DNA from: Octopus sinensis
Lineage: Eukaryota
DNA: 64,000 nucleotides
Assembly: GCF_006345805.1 (NCBI RefSeq)
Contig: NC_043012.1
Coordinates: 58,280,001 to 58,344,000 of the forward strand
Reading direction: 5' to 3'
In this document: piece after piece, positions 1 through 11,810 of the stretch
Numbering within the stretch: position 1 is the first letter of the stretch
How the letters are laid out: each line of letters begins with the position of its first letter
The notes under the pieces: model-generated
The model's database searches: none
Told to the model about the DNA's origin: nothing
What the model saw: only the letters and a program-made list of their open reading frames with translations
Made by a program: the position numbers and the translations under genes

Positions 1-14
1 TCAACGTAAACATA

Positions 15-206
15 TACTCTTTTGCTTGTTTCAGTCATTTGACTTTGGTATGCTGAAGCACCGCCTTTAGTCGAGCAAATCCACCTCAGGACTTATTCTT
101 TGTAAGCCTAGTACTTATTCTATCGGTTTCTTTCGCCGAAATGCTAAGTTACGGCGATGCAAACACATCAGCATTGGTTGTCAAGCGATGTTGGGGGGAC
201 GAACAC

Positions 207-287
<81 letters not shown>

Positions 288-446
288 TACGACGGGTTTC
301 TTTCAGTTTCCGTCTACCAAATCCACTCACAAGGCTTTGGTCGGCCCGAGGCTATAGTAGAAGATACTCACCCAAGGTGCCACGCAGTGGGACTGAACCC
401 GAAACCATGTGGCTGGTAAGCAAGCAACTTACCACACAGCCACTCT
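15..446 (-). mobile_element. SINE family A (tRNA-like head, internal (CA)n/(TA)n microsatellite, 3' tail ending in AGTAAAAG-like repeats)
   Basis: Minus strand reads AGTGGCTGTGTGGTAAG..GGGTTCAGTCCCACTGCGTGGCACCTTGGG (A/B-box-like head). At least 8 homologous copies occur in the window. Confidence 0.85.
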
Positions 447-759
447 ATCCATAACAAACAGACAAGATCAAACGATCACTAGGTACCAAATACGACAACA
501 GTGCTAAACACAGTAGCATCTTGGACAGTGTTTTATCCAACAAAAAGCCACGAATCATGAAATTGAGTCGGTTTAAACAAGCAGAAATTCAGGAGATGCT
601 TTGGAGCTGAATTAACGAGAAACCGTTTCTCTCAAATTGTGTCATTAAGATTTTAATTATGCTTACTGTTCGTTTTTCGACATCAGTGGCAGACGCCATT
701 AGAAAAACTTATATCTATTTGCAAAGGAGCCTTCTCTTTCATCGATACCTGGTGGTTAC

Positions 760-802
760 CGCCCGTTGACGAGGGACAACAATCCCGAAACTAGTTCGAG
801 CG
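760..802 (+). ncRNA. Minimal type I hammerhead ribozyme motif (U3/G8, GUU cleavage triplet)
   Basis: CGCCCG-TTGACGA-GGGA caacaa TCCC-GAAA-CTAG-TT-CGAGCG. Stem I has 5 of 6 bp, stem II 4 bp, and stem III is the palindrome ACTAGT. Confidence 0.7.
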
Positions 803-895
803 TATCACTCAGGCTTGCGAGGAAAGGATGGACTCCCTTTGCAAATACTCCAAGGACACAGATATTGTGTCTAAAGCCAGCTAGAGACGAAGATC

Positions 896-960
896 TCTTG
901 GGGCTATAAAGCTACAGTAACACCCCCTCCCCAATGTGGTTAGCCATGATAAGATGGCTT
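896..960 (+). repeat. Conserved hammerhead-associated motif (GGGCTA..CAGTAACACC..AGCCAT/ATGGCT hairpin)
   Basis: Homologous by eye to 5670-5747(-), 21772-21846(+), 40198-40335 and 60506-60570(+). Confidence 0.6.
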
Positions 961-2209
961 CTATACTTTACATAGATTTTCTTTCAGTTTTCCATTAAAG
1001 GCACAGATTCCTGTGAAATGCCACGCTAGATATAACGCATAGGCATTATAATATTGTTCGTCGAAACTAGAAGTGGACAACATTTAGCATGTTTTTATTA
1101 TTTTTGTCTCTTGTTTGCAATTACTTAATTCTTCAGGAAATCTTTTCTCTCAATCTTATTTCCTTTGTCTAGGGTAAACATCGAGATTAGATTTATTATT
1201 TTTAACATTACTTTTCCCTTATAGTCATAACACTTGCATTTCAGTTGATGCAATCCATTAAATTAGTGATATTAAATAATATCTAGATAAGTGAAACGGA
1301 CTGTAAGTTCGAAGTTTCTGAAAAACGTCAACCAATGATTAGTTTTGTGTAATTAGTCTTGTGTAATTTTGTGTAATACAATCGAAAAGATATAAAGGCA
1401 TTCCAGACATCTCACCTTTTTCTGGCTAAGAATATTTTATGCTAATATGGCCTCTGATTCTGTAAGAAAACAGCCTGTTTCAAAGCATTTCAAGTGAAGT
1501 GTCTATATTAAAAACAATTATTTCAAGGCGCATACTGAGGACATGCAAATACATTTATAATGCATCATCTTATAATTTACACACATAAAAGGACATAATT
1601 AATCAATCAGATGTCTATCTTATGTGAATCCGCAGCCGGATTTGACTTGAACACTTATTGGAAGTTGGTGAACTTGATTCCCATCAGATAGCGCGGGTTA
1701 CAGACTGATGGTGTAAAGTCAATGCAATGCCGCTATTAGAGTGACAAGACGTTAGTAGGTTATACGAGAAGCAACTCTGTTAGTTAAATCATCGGCTTTC
1801 CCTGAATTGGTTTCTAGTTTAGTCAGTTGAAAATTTATCACGATAAGAGATCGTCTGCAACGAAAATTGAAAGTCATCTCAGCTTTCTTGTTACAGGATA
1901 TTGCAGTCTGCTTCAGTATATGCAGTTTCACAGAGAAACACAGAGTTTTATTACATAATGCGTTGCAGTAAAAAAGAGCTCTATCGATAAAGTTTCAAAT
2001 TGTTGTGCCACAGATAAGAGATACGTTCTTGCTCCAACACTTTCAAAATAAAATAGAAATTCCAGCGTGGATTACACGGTCCGTTGAATTCATAAAGCAA
2101 TTTCTCAAACCATTCGGAGAATTTTTTAGTTGTAGAAAGAAAGGTTTTCTCAGACACGGAATATGCGTTCTTAATACATAGCGAAACGAAATGCTTTCCA
2201 CATATTTTT

Positions 2210-2420
2210 TGTTCTTTTAATTGTTTCAGTCATTTGATTGCGGCCATGCTGGGGCACTATCTTGAAGAACCTTTAGTCAAATGAACCGACTTCAATAACT
2301 GTATTTTTGAAGCCTGGCACGTACTCTAGCGCTTTCTTTTGACGAACCGCTAAGTTAGGGGTGCGTAAACACACCAGCACTGGTTGTCAAACTCTGACGG
2401 GGGACAAACCCACGCACAAA
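2210..2420 (-). mobile_element. SINE family A, 3' half, diverged
   Basis: GTTTCAGTCATTTGATTGCGGCCATGCTGG..GAACCGCTAAGTTA..CACACCAGCA matches the family A tail. Confidence 0.75.
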
Positions 2421-2476
2421 GACATACACACATACACATACTCATAAGTACACACACAGACACATATACATACATA

Positions 2477-2531
<55 letters not shown>

Positions 2532-3143
2532 GTAGGTTTTTTACTCCACTCTTAACGCTTTGCAACGTTTGTTTTTGAAAGTAGTGGTTTTCTGATTGCA
2601 GCCCTCCCGTAAAATCCGGGTTTGTGTAGCTCCCGGCGAACAGTTTTTGTGGAAACTGGGTTCTGAAGGTGGTCACTAAGCTCTGGAGAAATTTTGGGAG
2701 CTGTACTGTTGTGATTCTTTCTAACAATTCCTGTAAGTATCCGACGGTCCCTATCTGAAAGTTTTGGTTTTCTTCCGGAGTTTTGTTTCGACTAGGAAGT
2801 TTTTCCCTCTTTCTCAAAGGGTGTCATTACTTTTGAGACAGTACTTCATGATACACTAAACATTTCGGCTGTTTTCGTTACGCTAGCACCAGCCATACGA
2901 GCACCAACAATTTGACTTTGTTGAAAGTCCGATAATTCTGTCATTTTAATGAATTTTAATTACTTTTTTCTGATGATATCTGAAAAGAACAGCAATTTTA
3001 GCAAAACATAATAAGCAACACTAATAATAAATAAAAAAATATAAAAATAAAGAATTCTTTGACGGTCTTATATATATATATTTCAAAATTATGATTTTAT
3101 GATGTTAGGTGTTTCCATTATTTTGTCCAAACTCTGTACTCAC

Positions 3144-3146
3144 ACA

Positions 3147-3215
<69 letters not shown>

Positions 3216-3260
3216 CTCATACAAACACACACACACACACACAGACTCGCACACACAAAA
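3144..3260. repeat. (CA)n microsatellite
   Basis: Direct observation. Confidence 0.95.
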
Positions 3261-3619
3261 TTATATATTTAATTAAATGCTTGGTGAATCAATTCTACAA
3301 CTCTCAGAGCCATTCCATTAATTCAAAATCGTATGGTATCGTTTCCTTTCTTCTTTCTTTCTTTCCTCAGACCGGTTTCTATGTCTTCCATCACATTGCA
3401 TGATTTTTTTCCCTTCCTTATTCCCTATTTTTGTTTGTTATTCTTACCTCCGAAACCATCTAAGATAGATGGTTGCATGCTGGTTATCTAAATCCGCATT
3501 CCATAATCTTTCTTTTAGTAAATTTCGTATTACTCAAATCATATTCAGTCCAAGATGGACGAGCAAAGATACGATTCCTGTTTATTTCTTCATTGATTTT
3601 TACTATCTCTCTTCCTGTG

Positions 3620-3810
3620 TGTGTGTTTATATATATAAATATATATATATATGTATATGTATATATATCTATATACATATATATATACATACATACAAAC
3701 ATACATATACATTCATATATACATATGTATATATGTATGTATATGTATATATATATAAATGTATATGTACATACATACATATATATATACATATATACAC
3801 ACACACATAT

Positions 3811-3842
<32 letters not shown>

Positions 3843-4000
3843 GATAGATAGATAATAGATAGGTAGTTAGATAGATTGATTGATAAATAGATAAATAGAT
3901 AGATAGATAGATAAATAGATGGATACATAGATAGATAAATGGATCGATACATATATACATTCCTATATATGTATATATATATATATATCATATACACATA
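3620..4000. repeat. Compound (TA)n/(TACA)n/(GATA)n microsatellite
   Basis: Direct observation. Confidence 0.95.
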
Positions 4001-4559
4001 GATATGAATATTTTTGTAAGCATATGCGTCTGTGAGAATGTATATGTGTGTTTGTGTATGTGTGCGCGTGCGTGTGTGTGTGGTTGTGTATTTTATTTCT
4101 CTCTTTCGTAATTCACACCATTTTGATTAACATCTTCAAATTTTTCTACGCTTCCTCCGATAATCTAAAAAGAAAAAAATAAAGCCTAGAATCGTATCAA
4201 ATAGTTTTACACAAATCTATTCACGCTCTTCAACCTTCCATTCGCAGACTGTCTTCTATTTCTGCGGTATATTTATGTATGTACAGGTTCTATATAAAAC
4301 GTGGGAAGAAGTTCGTTTCTCAATCTGTTGTGTGAGATGCCTGTTCACGGAAACTTTATATTTAGGTTCGACTGAAACCTTATATTTAGGGTTTCGTGAA
4401 AAAAGAAAGGAGTCGAATCCCGTGGCAAGGCCCGTCCTGTGCTTGGGGTGGTTGACTACTTTTATAGCTCGGCTGAATAAGACCACCTGATTTGGGAACC
4501 CTTTCTTTTGCGAATTTCACATAGTTGTAAGCATCCGTACCACATATCAAGCCTGTTGA

Positions 4560-4965
4560 TGATATGGTGAATATAAATTTTGGAACAAGGCCAGCAACTT
4601 ATTTTGTCGATCCTGAAAGTATGAAAGCAAAGTCGACCTCGGTGAAATTTGCACCCAGTACATAAAGACAGACGAAATGCTGTTAAGCAATTTGTCCGAT
4701 GTGCTAACAACTCAGCCAGCTCGCCGCCTTCACCCTGTAAATAATATATTGGTGTGGAATTTTGATACAAGGCCGGCAATTTTGTAGAAGAGACCCAGTT
4801 GATTACATCCCCCCGCCCCCGGTGGTCAGCTGGTATTTTATCGACTCTGAAGGAGGAAAGGCAAGGTCGATCTCGGCGGAATTAGAACTCCGAACGTAAA
4901 GATAGACGAAAATTCCGCTAAGCATTTTGTCTAGTGTGCTAACGAGTCTGCTAGCTCGCTGCCTC
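4560..4965 (-). mobile_element. SINE family B, two diverged tandem monomers
   Basis: Reverse complement of GGCGGCGAGCTGGC..GAGTTCAAATT..GTCGACTTTGCCTTTCATCC occurs twice. Confidence 0.75.
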
Positions 4966-5458
4966 AGCCGGTGAATAATATATTGCGAAATTCTTACTGG
5001 TTCAAGTGGATACTCAGAATGCCATAAGCGCCATCAGTTTTTATTAGCATATATATACTTACCCAAGCGCGCACGCTCACGCACGCACATATACATATTA
5101 GGTGTGTATTAATTTCTTCGAATCCGACATAGGCTAACTTTATTACTGCTCTTTCTCTATGCACCTAAGTATGGTTTGAGCCTAGGTATGACAACGCTAT
5201 AACGTTGGTAGCTTTTGAGACAGAAACGCGTGATAAAATTGGCCTTTCCGTTAACGTTCATGTTAATTCAAGATTCCCTTATGTTTTTAAGATTATCTCC
5301 CCTTTTCATTTGAACTCGGATGCATTCATTAGATCTCAGCGAAATTAGATCCAATAAATCAAGTACTTATATTATGTAACAGTACTTGCGTTATTTTGTA
5401 TAAGTTCATATATGTATATACATATATATAAATTATCCATTAATACATGCAAACATGC

Positions 5459-5500
<42 letters not shown>

Positions 5501-5669
5501 CTATGTGTGTGTATGTGGAGTGTATGTATATAAATAATGTATAAATATATATATACATATATTTACATATATATGTGTATATGAACATATATATATATAT
5601 TATACATTAATACATGCAAATATGCATGTATATGTATATATATATATTATATATATATATATATATATA

Positions 5670-5747
5670 GTGACGTATTTTTGCCATTTCAATATGGCTA
5701 ACCCCTAAGGGTGGATGCTACTGTAGTTTTTAGACCCAGGAGGACAC
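5670..5747 (-). repeat. Conserved hammerhead-associated motif
   Basis: Near-exact reverse complement of 21772-21846. Confidence 0.75.
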
Positions 5748-5797
5748 ACTCCTCCAGCTGGCCATAGACACACTATATATATATATATATTATATAT

Positions 5798-5841
<44 letters not shown>

Positions 5842-5856
5842 TATATGTATACATAC

Positions 5857-5902
<46 letters not shown>

Positions 5903-5948
5903 AAACAAGTCAAAAATAGAAAATGCTAAAATAATTTTATAGTGGGCA

Positions 5949-5992
5949 TTTCAGTACCGGTTTCGGTCATTTTGAGACCTTTTCAACTGTAA
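5949..5992 (-). ncRNA. Minimal type I hammerhead ribozyme motif (U3-A8 covariant, GUA)
   Basis: Minus strand: TTACAG-TTGAAAA-GGTC tcaaaat GACC-GAAA-CCGG-TA-CTGAAA. Confidence 0.7.
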
Positions 5993-6231
5993 CGATTAAA
6001 TAATTAAATTAGAAAAATTAGAAGAAAAGTTTTTTTAAAAGAAAATTTCTATAGTAGTGTTCAGATTTAAGTGGCATTCTGCCTTTCTCTGACTCCCTTG
6101 TTTGCACTTATGTATGTATACATATATATATGTATATACATATATGTTCATATACACATATATATGTAATATATGTTATATATATATTTATACATATATT
6201 TATATACATACACTCCACATACACACACATA

Positions 6232-6274
<43 letters not shown>

Positions 6275-7727
6275 ACATGCATGTTTGCATGTATTAATGG
6301 ATAATTTATATATATGTATATACATATATATATGTTCATATACACATATATATGTAAATATATGTATATATATATATTTATACATATATTTATATACATA
6401 CACTCCACATACACACACATAGATGTATATATATATATAATATATATATATATATATACATGCATGTTTGCATGTATTAATGGATAATTTATATATATGT
6501 ATATACATATATGAACTTATACAAAATAACGCAAGTACTGTTACATAATATAAGTACTTGATTTATTGGATCTAATATATCTAATATATATATATATACA
6601 TATATATATATACATTCACACATAGGCACACTCACATAGACATACGTATCCATTCATTTATCTCTCTCTCTCTCTCTCTCTCTCTCTTTATAAATATATA
6701 TACATATATATGTACACATACACATACATATTCAGACACTCAAATATAATGACGTCACTTAATTTGCAGTCAATTACACTGTAAATGATTACATGTTAAT
6801 TATTTCCGTTTTCTCATTTATATACGAATCAAACAATACACGAAATGAAGGAAATTTTGTTATTCTTTTAAAATATTTAAATTTATTTACGGATATATTA
6901 AATTAGCTTGTTGCACTTACTGACAGTATCAATGACGCTACTGAAATAACCAGCACTTAATTTAAGGACGTCAAATGCTTATAAAATTTTTCAGCAAAAT
7001 GGCGGTTGTTCATAAAAGATCAAACGAATCGTTGGTTGGGTGCTCAAAATTTCTCAAAACAGAATCACATTGCTGAAATCTGGAAATTCTTCAAAATTTC
7101 TTTTCTATAATTATACATGTCTATGAATTACGTCGATTTCTTTTCGTGTATTCTCATGTCGAGTCGTTTCATTAAATTTTGTACCTGATTTAAATGTTGG
7201 AAATTATGCTTTTGAAAAATCCTTAGATTATTCTACAGGTATTCTTTAGGTTGTTGCCTTATTGAAATCTCAATGACCCGCCAAAATGGCATATGAAATC
7301 TAGTCTTCTGTAAAATATGTAAAATGCTCTGGATAATATATGCTGCCAATCTTCTGTGATCAGACAGATGTGACAGGTATTTTTCCAGTTAAGTAACCTC
7401 AGATTATGACATGGCCAGCACAACACTTAACTGTTGAATTTATCAAATACCAAATACTACAATTAAAGTTGTGTCTTAAGGTTTCTTTAAAACAAAAACC
7501 TCAATGATCCTTAAATTATGATGTGAACTCTATTGCGGCTTTATTTTATGTTATATAAAATTTTTGAAATTTTTCGAAGTTAATTGTTTTTACAAATGTA
7601 AAATGATCTTTAATTCCATATATTCTTAGAAATATATACTTACAAACATATATTCTTGTTTACCCCCCCCCCCACCACACACACATACATATATATTTAT
7701 ATATATATATATATGTACAAATGCACA

Positions 7728-7775
<48 letters not shown>

Positions 7776-7858
7776 CGTACGTATGATGCAAATATAAATC
7801 CATATGAATACACGTATACATATGGATATATATACAAATACGTATGTATATATGCATT

Positions 7859-8775
7859 GTATTGTATTTTGTCACCTTGTTCATTCAACCTGAATAGTGA
7901 GAAAGCTCTAAGCAAGATCAAGTCAATTGCAGGGCTACAACTGGTGGAAAGGAATTGCAACAATCTGAGGTACGCAGACGATACGGCTTTGTTTGCAGAC
8001 GATACGGCTTTGTTTGCAGACGATACGGTTTTGTTTGCAGACACAGAAGAGAAGCTTCGGGGATTGATTAATATCATGATTGAGGAGGGTGGAAAGCTTG
8101 GATTGATGATTAACTGCCAGAAATCCTTCTCAGTGGTCTTTATCAAGAAAGCACAGGTACCCGTATGTTGCTTGACGGCAGAAGAACAGTTTCATATATC
8201 AGGGAAGTTGGATAACATCAGATGGATGGTCAGATAAGGATATCAAGTACAGAATTGGAGACTTTTATGGATATGAGGAACATATTTTATGCAATGAAAA
8301 TTGGAAAGGAAGTCAAGAAAATAGTATTGAAGTGCTACATCTGGTTGGTGCTAACGTATGGATGAGTCTTGGACGATCAGCAAAATCGGGGAGAAGAGAC
8401 TCAAAGCTGCAGAAATGTGGTTTTATAGAAAGATGCTTAGAATCTATCTCGTGGGTTCGGAGGGTGATGAAGGTGGAAGTGTTGAGAAAGATGAACGTGC
8501 ATAGACAGTTGATGGATACTATCAGAGAGAGACAGTGGAGATTTGTTGGTCATTTTCTCAAAAGGGACGACGGAATGGAGCGTTACATGCTGGAGATTGA
8601 GCTCATGGGAAGGAGAGCGAGAGGAATGTTTACTGCATTAATTGCTCGCCTAGATGAAGAGGAGAATGAACCTGCAGAGAGAGAAAGACCTAAATGATGT
8701 TGCGAGAGACAGAAATAAATGGAGGAGGAACAAGCCATGATTCGTCAACAGCATGAATATGCCATGACACAAGAG
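7859..8775 (+). pseudogene. 5'-truncated, frameshifted RTE-clade LINE reverse transcriptase fragment
   Basis: CILSPCSFNL..LRYADDTALFA..GLMINCQKS, followed by SWVRRVMKVEVLRKM..IRERQWRFVGHFLKR..MGRRARG, which are RTE-type RT and C-terminal motifs. Ends in a (GA)n tail. Confidence 0.85.
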
Positions 8776-8838
8776 AGAGCGAGAGAGGGGGAGAGAGAGG
8801 GAGAGAGGGAAAGAGTGAGGGAGATAGAGAGAGATGAA

Positions 8839-8957
8839 ATTGCCTTTCGTCCTTTCAGGGTCGATAAATTAAGTACCAGTTGCATACTGGGGTCGATCTA
8901 ATCTACTGGCCCTCTCCTCCAAAATTTCGAGTCTTGTGCCTAGAGTAGAAAAGAATA
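8839..8957 (+). mobile_element. SINE family B, 3' part
   Basis: GCCTTTCGTCCTTTCAGGGTCGATAAATTAAGTACCAGTTG..TAGAGTAGAAAAGAAT. Confidence 0.8.
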
Positions 8958-9859
8958 TATTATGAAGTAAACCAAGCGTCTGAATGAAAATTTATACGAC
9001 GTATATAATTGTTTCCAATTCAGGAAAGAGGATCATTTTTTGAAACGTGGGCTCATTGATATTATCAAATTAGGCTAACACTTTATTTTCACAGCACCGA
9101 ATGGTTAAAATGCAAAGTAGAACACAGTCACACGAAATAAAGATTGTATTGGGTTTGTAAAGACTGCCTTACGATTTTGTCAATCTACTCGCCTGAATTT
9201 ATAAAATATTATATAGAATTATTCGACTGAATTTATAAGATATTTTATAGAAATATGTGTGTCTACGATATTCCAGAGAGCAACAGTCAAAGATTTTGCT
9301 ATGTTTTCTATATTCTTTCTGAAATGTATTATTCTTGGTCTTCAATATGTTACACCAGACATCATAGTATGTATAAAGTTGTATTGTTCTCGTTCTTTTT
9401 ACTGTTTGCTTTTTCGCAATCGAGGTCAGTCTGTGAAAAAGTTGGTTCCAGTTGCTGTTGCCACTTCCTTTTAGTTTTAATTTTATTATGCAACTCTAAT
9501 ATGCGCGTAGCACTTCACAGTATAACTTTAGGAAAATTAATTAAGAATTTAACAACAATACCAACAAAAAATACTGATTATTTATAACGGTTAATTAGGA
9601 AACTAATTAAATATTTCCTATGAACATGTCTACGTGAAACGAATATTACTCACACCTGACTTTATTAATTAGACAAAAATTAACGCTAACTTTCATTCAT
9701 TCATTATTCTACTGCAATATTCTGACTAAAGAGGAATAAAAGTGTTTCAGGAAAATTTTTAGTCGCCAAATTTTGCAATCAAGTGGGTTGGTGTTTTGAC
9801 CTCAACAATCAAAATCTGTTTTACCGATGTTTTAATAATAATAAGATTTTCTTCTACTT

Positions 9860-10650
9860 TTTAGCGCAAAGCCTGGAATTTTAGGGGAAGAATTGTAATC
9901 GATAATTTCGACCTCGGTGTTCGACTGATAATTATTTTATCGACTCTGAAAAGCTGAAATGCAAAGTCGAATCTTACAGAATTTCAATAGAGAATATATA
10001 AAAAAAAATTCTGGAAGAAATTACATGAAGAATTTTGTCCGAGGCCCCACGATTTTGTCAGTTCGCAACCTTAACGCAAATAAGGGTTTCAAATTGTAGC
10101 ACAATGCCAGTAGTTTTGGAGGGAGGGCGATAATCTATTACATCAATCCCAGTGTTTAACTGGTGCTTAATTTTATCCACCCTGGAGGGACAACTCGACA
10201 GAATTTTAACATTAACCTCGACGAAATGCTAAGCAATACATCCACGCGATAACTATTCTAATAGCTCACCGGCTGAATAACCTTTCTACTATTTTCTACG
10301 ATAAGCACAATGCCTGAAAATTTGAGGGCGCGCTACTCAATTTCATTGACCTCTGCAGAATTCGTATTCGGTACGTAAAACCATAAGAAACGCCACTAGT
10401 CATTTTGTCGGTCTGATAACATTTCTACCAACCCATCGTTTTTCGTCGACTTAATAACCTTTCTACAAATCCCGATCTTTTGGAGGAAAGGGCAAGTCGA
10501 TTAAAGTGTTAAACTGTTACTTAATTTATCGACACCGAAATGACGAAAGCATCTCGACCGTTGAGAAATTTGAACACAGAACACAAAGCCAGTAGAAATG
10601 TTTAGTCTTTTCTCGACGCGCTAACGATTCTGCCGTCATGGCGACTTAAT
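9860..10650 (-). mobile_element. Cluster of diverged SINE family B fragments
   Basis: Repeated TTTATCGAC..GAAAG..GCAAAGTCGA..GAATTT.. blocks at ~9860-10075, ~10085-10270 and ~10450-10650. Confidence 0.65.
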
Positions 10651-10676
10651 TACGATAACAATAATGTATTGTCGTT

Positions 10677-11104
10677 AAGGCGGCGATCTGACTGAATCAT
10701 TAGCCGGGCGAAATGTTTTGCAGTACTTCCTCTGCCGCTACATTCTGAGTTCAAATTCCGCCGAGGTCGACTTTGTCTTTGATCCTTTCGGGGTCAATAA
10801 ATAAGTACCAGTTACGCACTGGTGTAGACGTAATCGACTTAATCCGTTTGTCTGCTCTTGTTTGCCGTCTATGTTTAGCCCCTTGTGGGGAGTAAAGAAA
10901 TAAGAAATGTTATCACACCGAGCGAAATGCCTAGCGATATTTCGTCTATCTTTACGTTCTGAGTTCAAATTCCGTCGAGGTCTACTTTGCGTTTCATCCT
11001 TTCGGGTCCGATAAATTAAATACCAGTTGCATAGTGGGATCAGACTAATTGATTGACCCCCCTCCCACAAAATTTCAGGCCTTGTGCATAGAGTAGAAAA
11101 GAAT
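10677..11104 (+). mobile_element. SINE family B dimer (tRNA head, Deu/Nin-like central domain)
   Basis: Two monomers, each with GAGTTCAAATTCCG (B box) and CTTTGxxTTTxATCCTTTCGGGxxxxATAAATxAxTACCAGTT. The central domain resembles the Deu/Nin SINE domain (recalled from memory, not searched). Confidence 0.85.
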
Positions 11105-11569
11105 AATATATTATCGTTGTACAGAACTTTATTCGATTAAGTCGAAGTGTTTATTTTAAAAAGTTTCCACAAATGAGTACAATAACACAAGTGAGCACGT
11201 GCCAATATGGCATCATATTTCTTGATAACCGACCCGTCTTTTTTTATATACAAAATAATTATTAGTGAAGGACGTAGGTGAAAAAGTGCTGCGATAGCAC
11301 CATTTCAGATTACAGTGCTACTTAGAATGGTAGGAGGGAGGGTGACATCGTACCGGTGACCTGGCCAAATAATTACCATACATTAAATATAGAGCCTTGT
11401 AACGCAGTACAACCCGTTGCATGGTTGTCATCGGTGACTCAACAGGTCAGCCCACAAAGCTTGCTTGCTGAAGAGGGTGATTTATTGGACAGCATACCGG
11501 ATGAAGACACAAAGCCCGTCAAAGAGCGAAAAAACTGAAGAGTGTCAACATAAATCCAATAATATTTTA

Positions 11570-11810
11570 AGGCACTTGGCCTAATGGTTATGGCACTCAA
11601 GATCGGGAGATCATGGTTTCGATTCACAAACCGACTGTTATAATGCTTAGTAGCATTTCATCCGTCTTTATGTTCTGAACTCAAATTCCGTCGAGGTCGA
11701 CTTTGCCTTTCATCACGTTGATGACATAAGCACCAGTTCAAAACTGGGGTTGATGTAATCGAGTTGCCCCATTCCCCAAACCTGCTGCCCTTGTGCCACA
11801 ATTTGAAACC
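11570..11810 (+). mobile_element. Family D-like tRNA head fused to a family B monomer, diverged
   Basis: TGGCCTAATGGTTA..GGTTTCGATTC, then GAACTCAAATTCCGTCGAGGTCGACTTTGCC. Confidence 0.6.

Larger units (their letters stand above)
5344..6576. repeat. Inverted duplication (arms ~5344-5640 and ~6105-6576) around a hammerhead-bearing insert
   Basis: ATTAGATCCAATAAATCAAGTACTTATATTATGTAACAGTACTTGCG (from 5344) is the exact reverse complement of sequence ending at 6576. The right arm also contains an internal ~200-bp tandem duplication. Confidence 0.85.
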
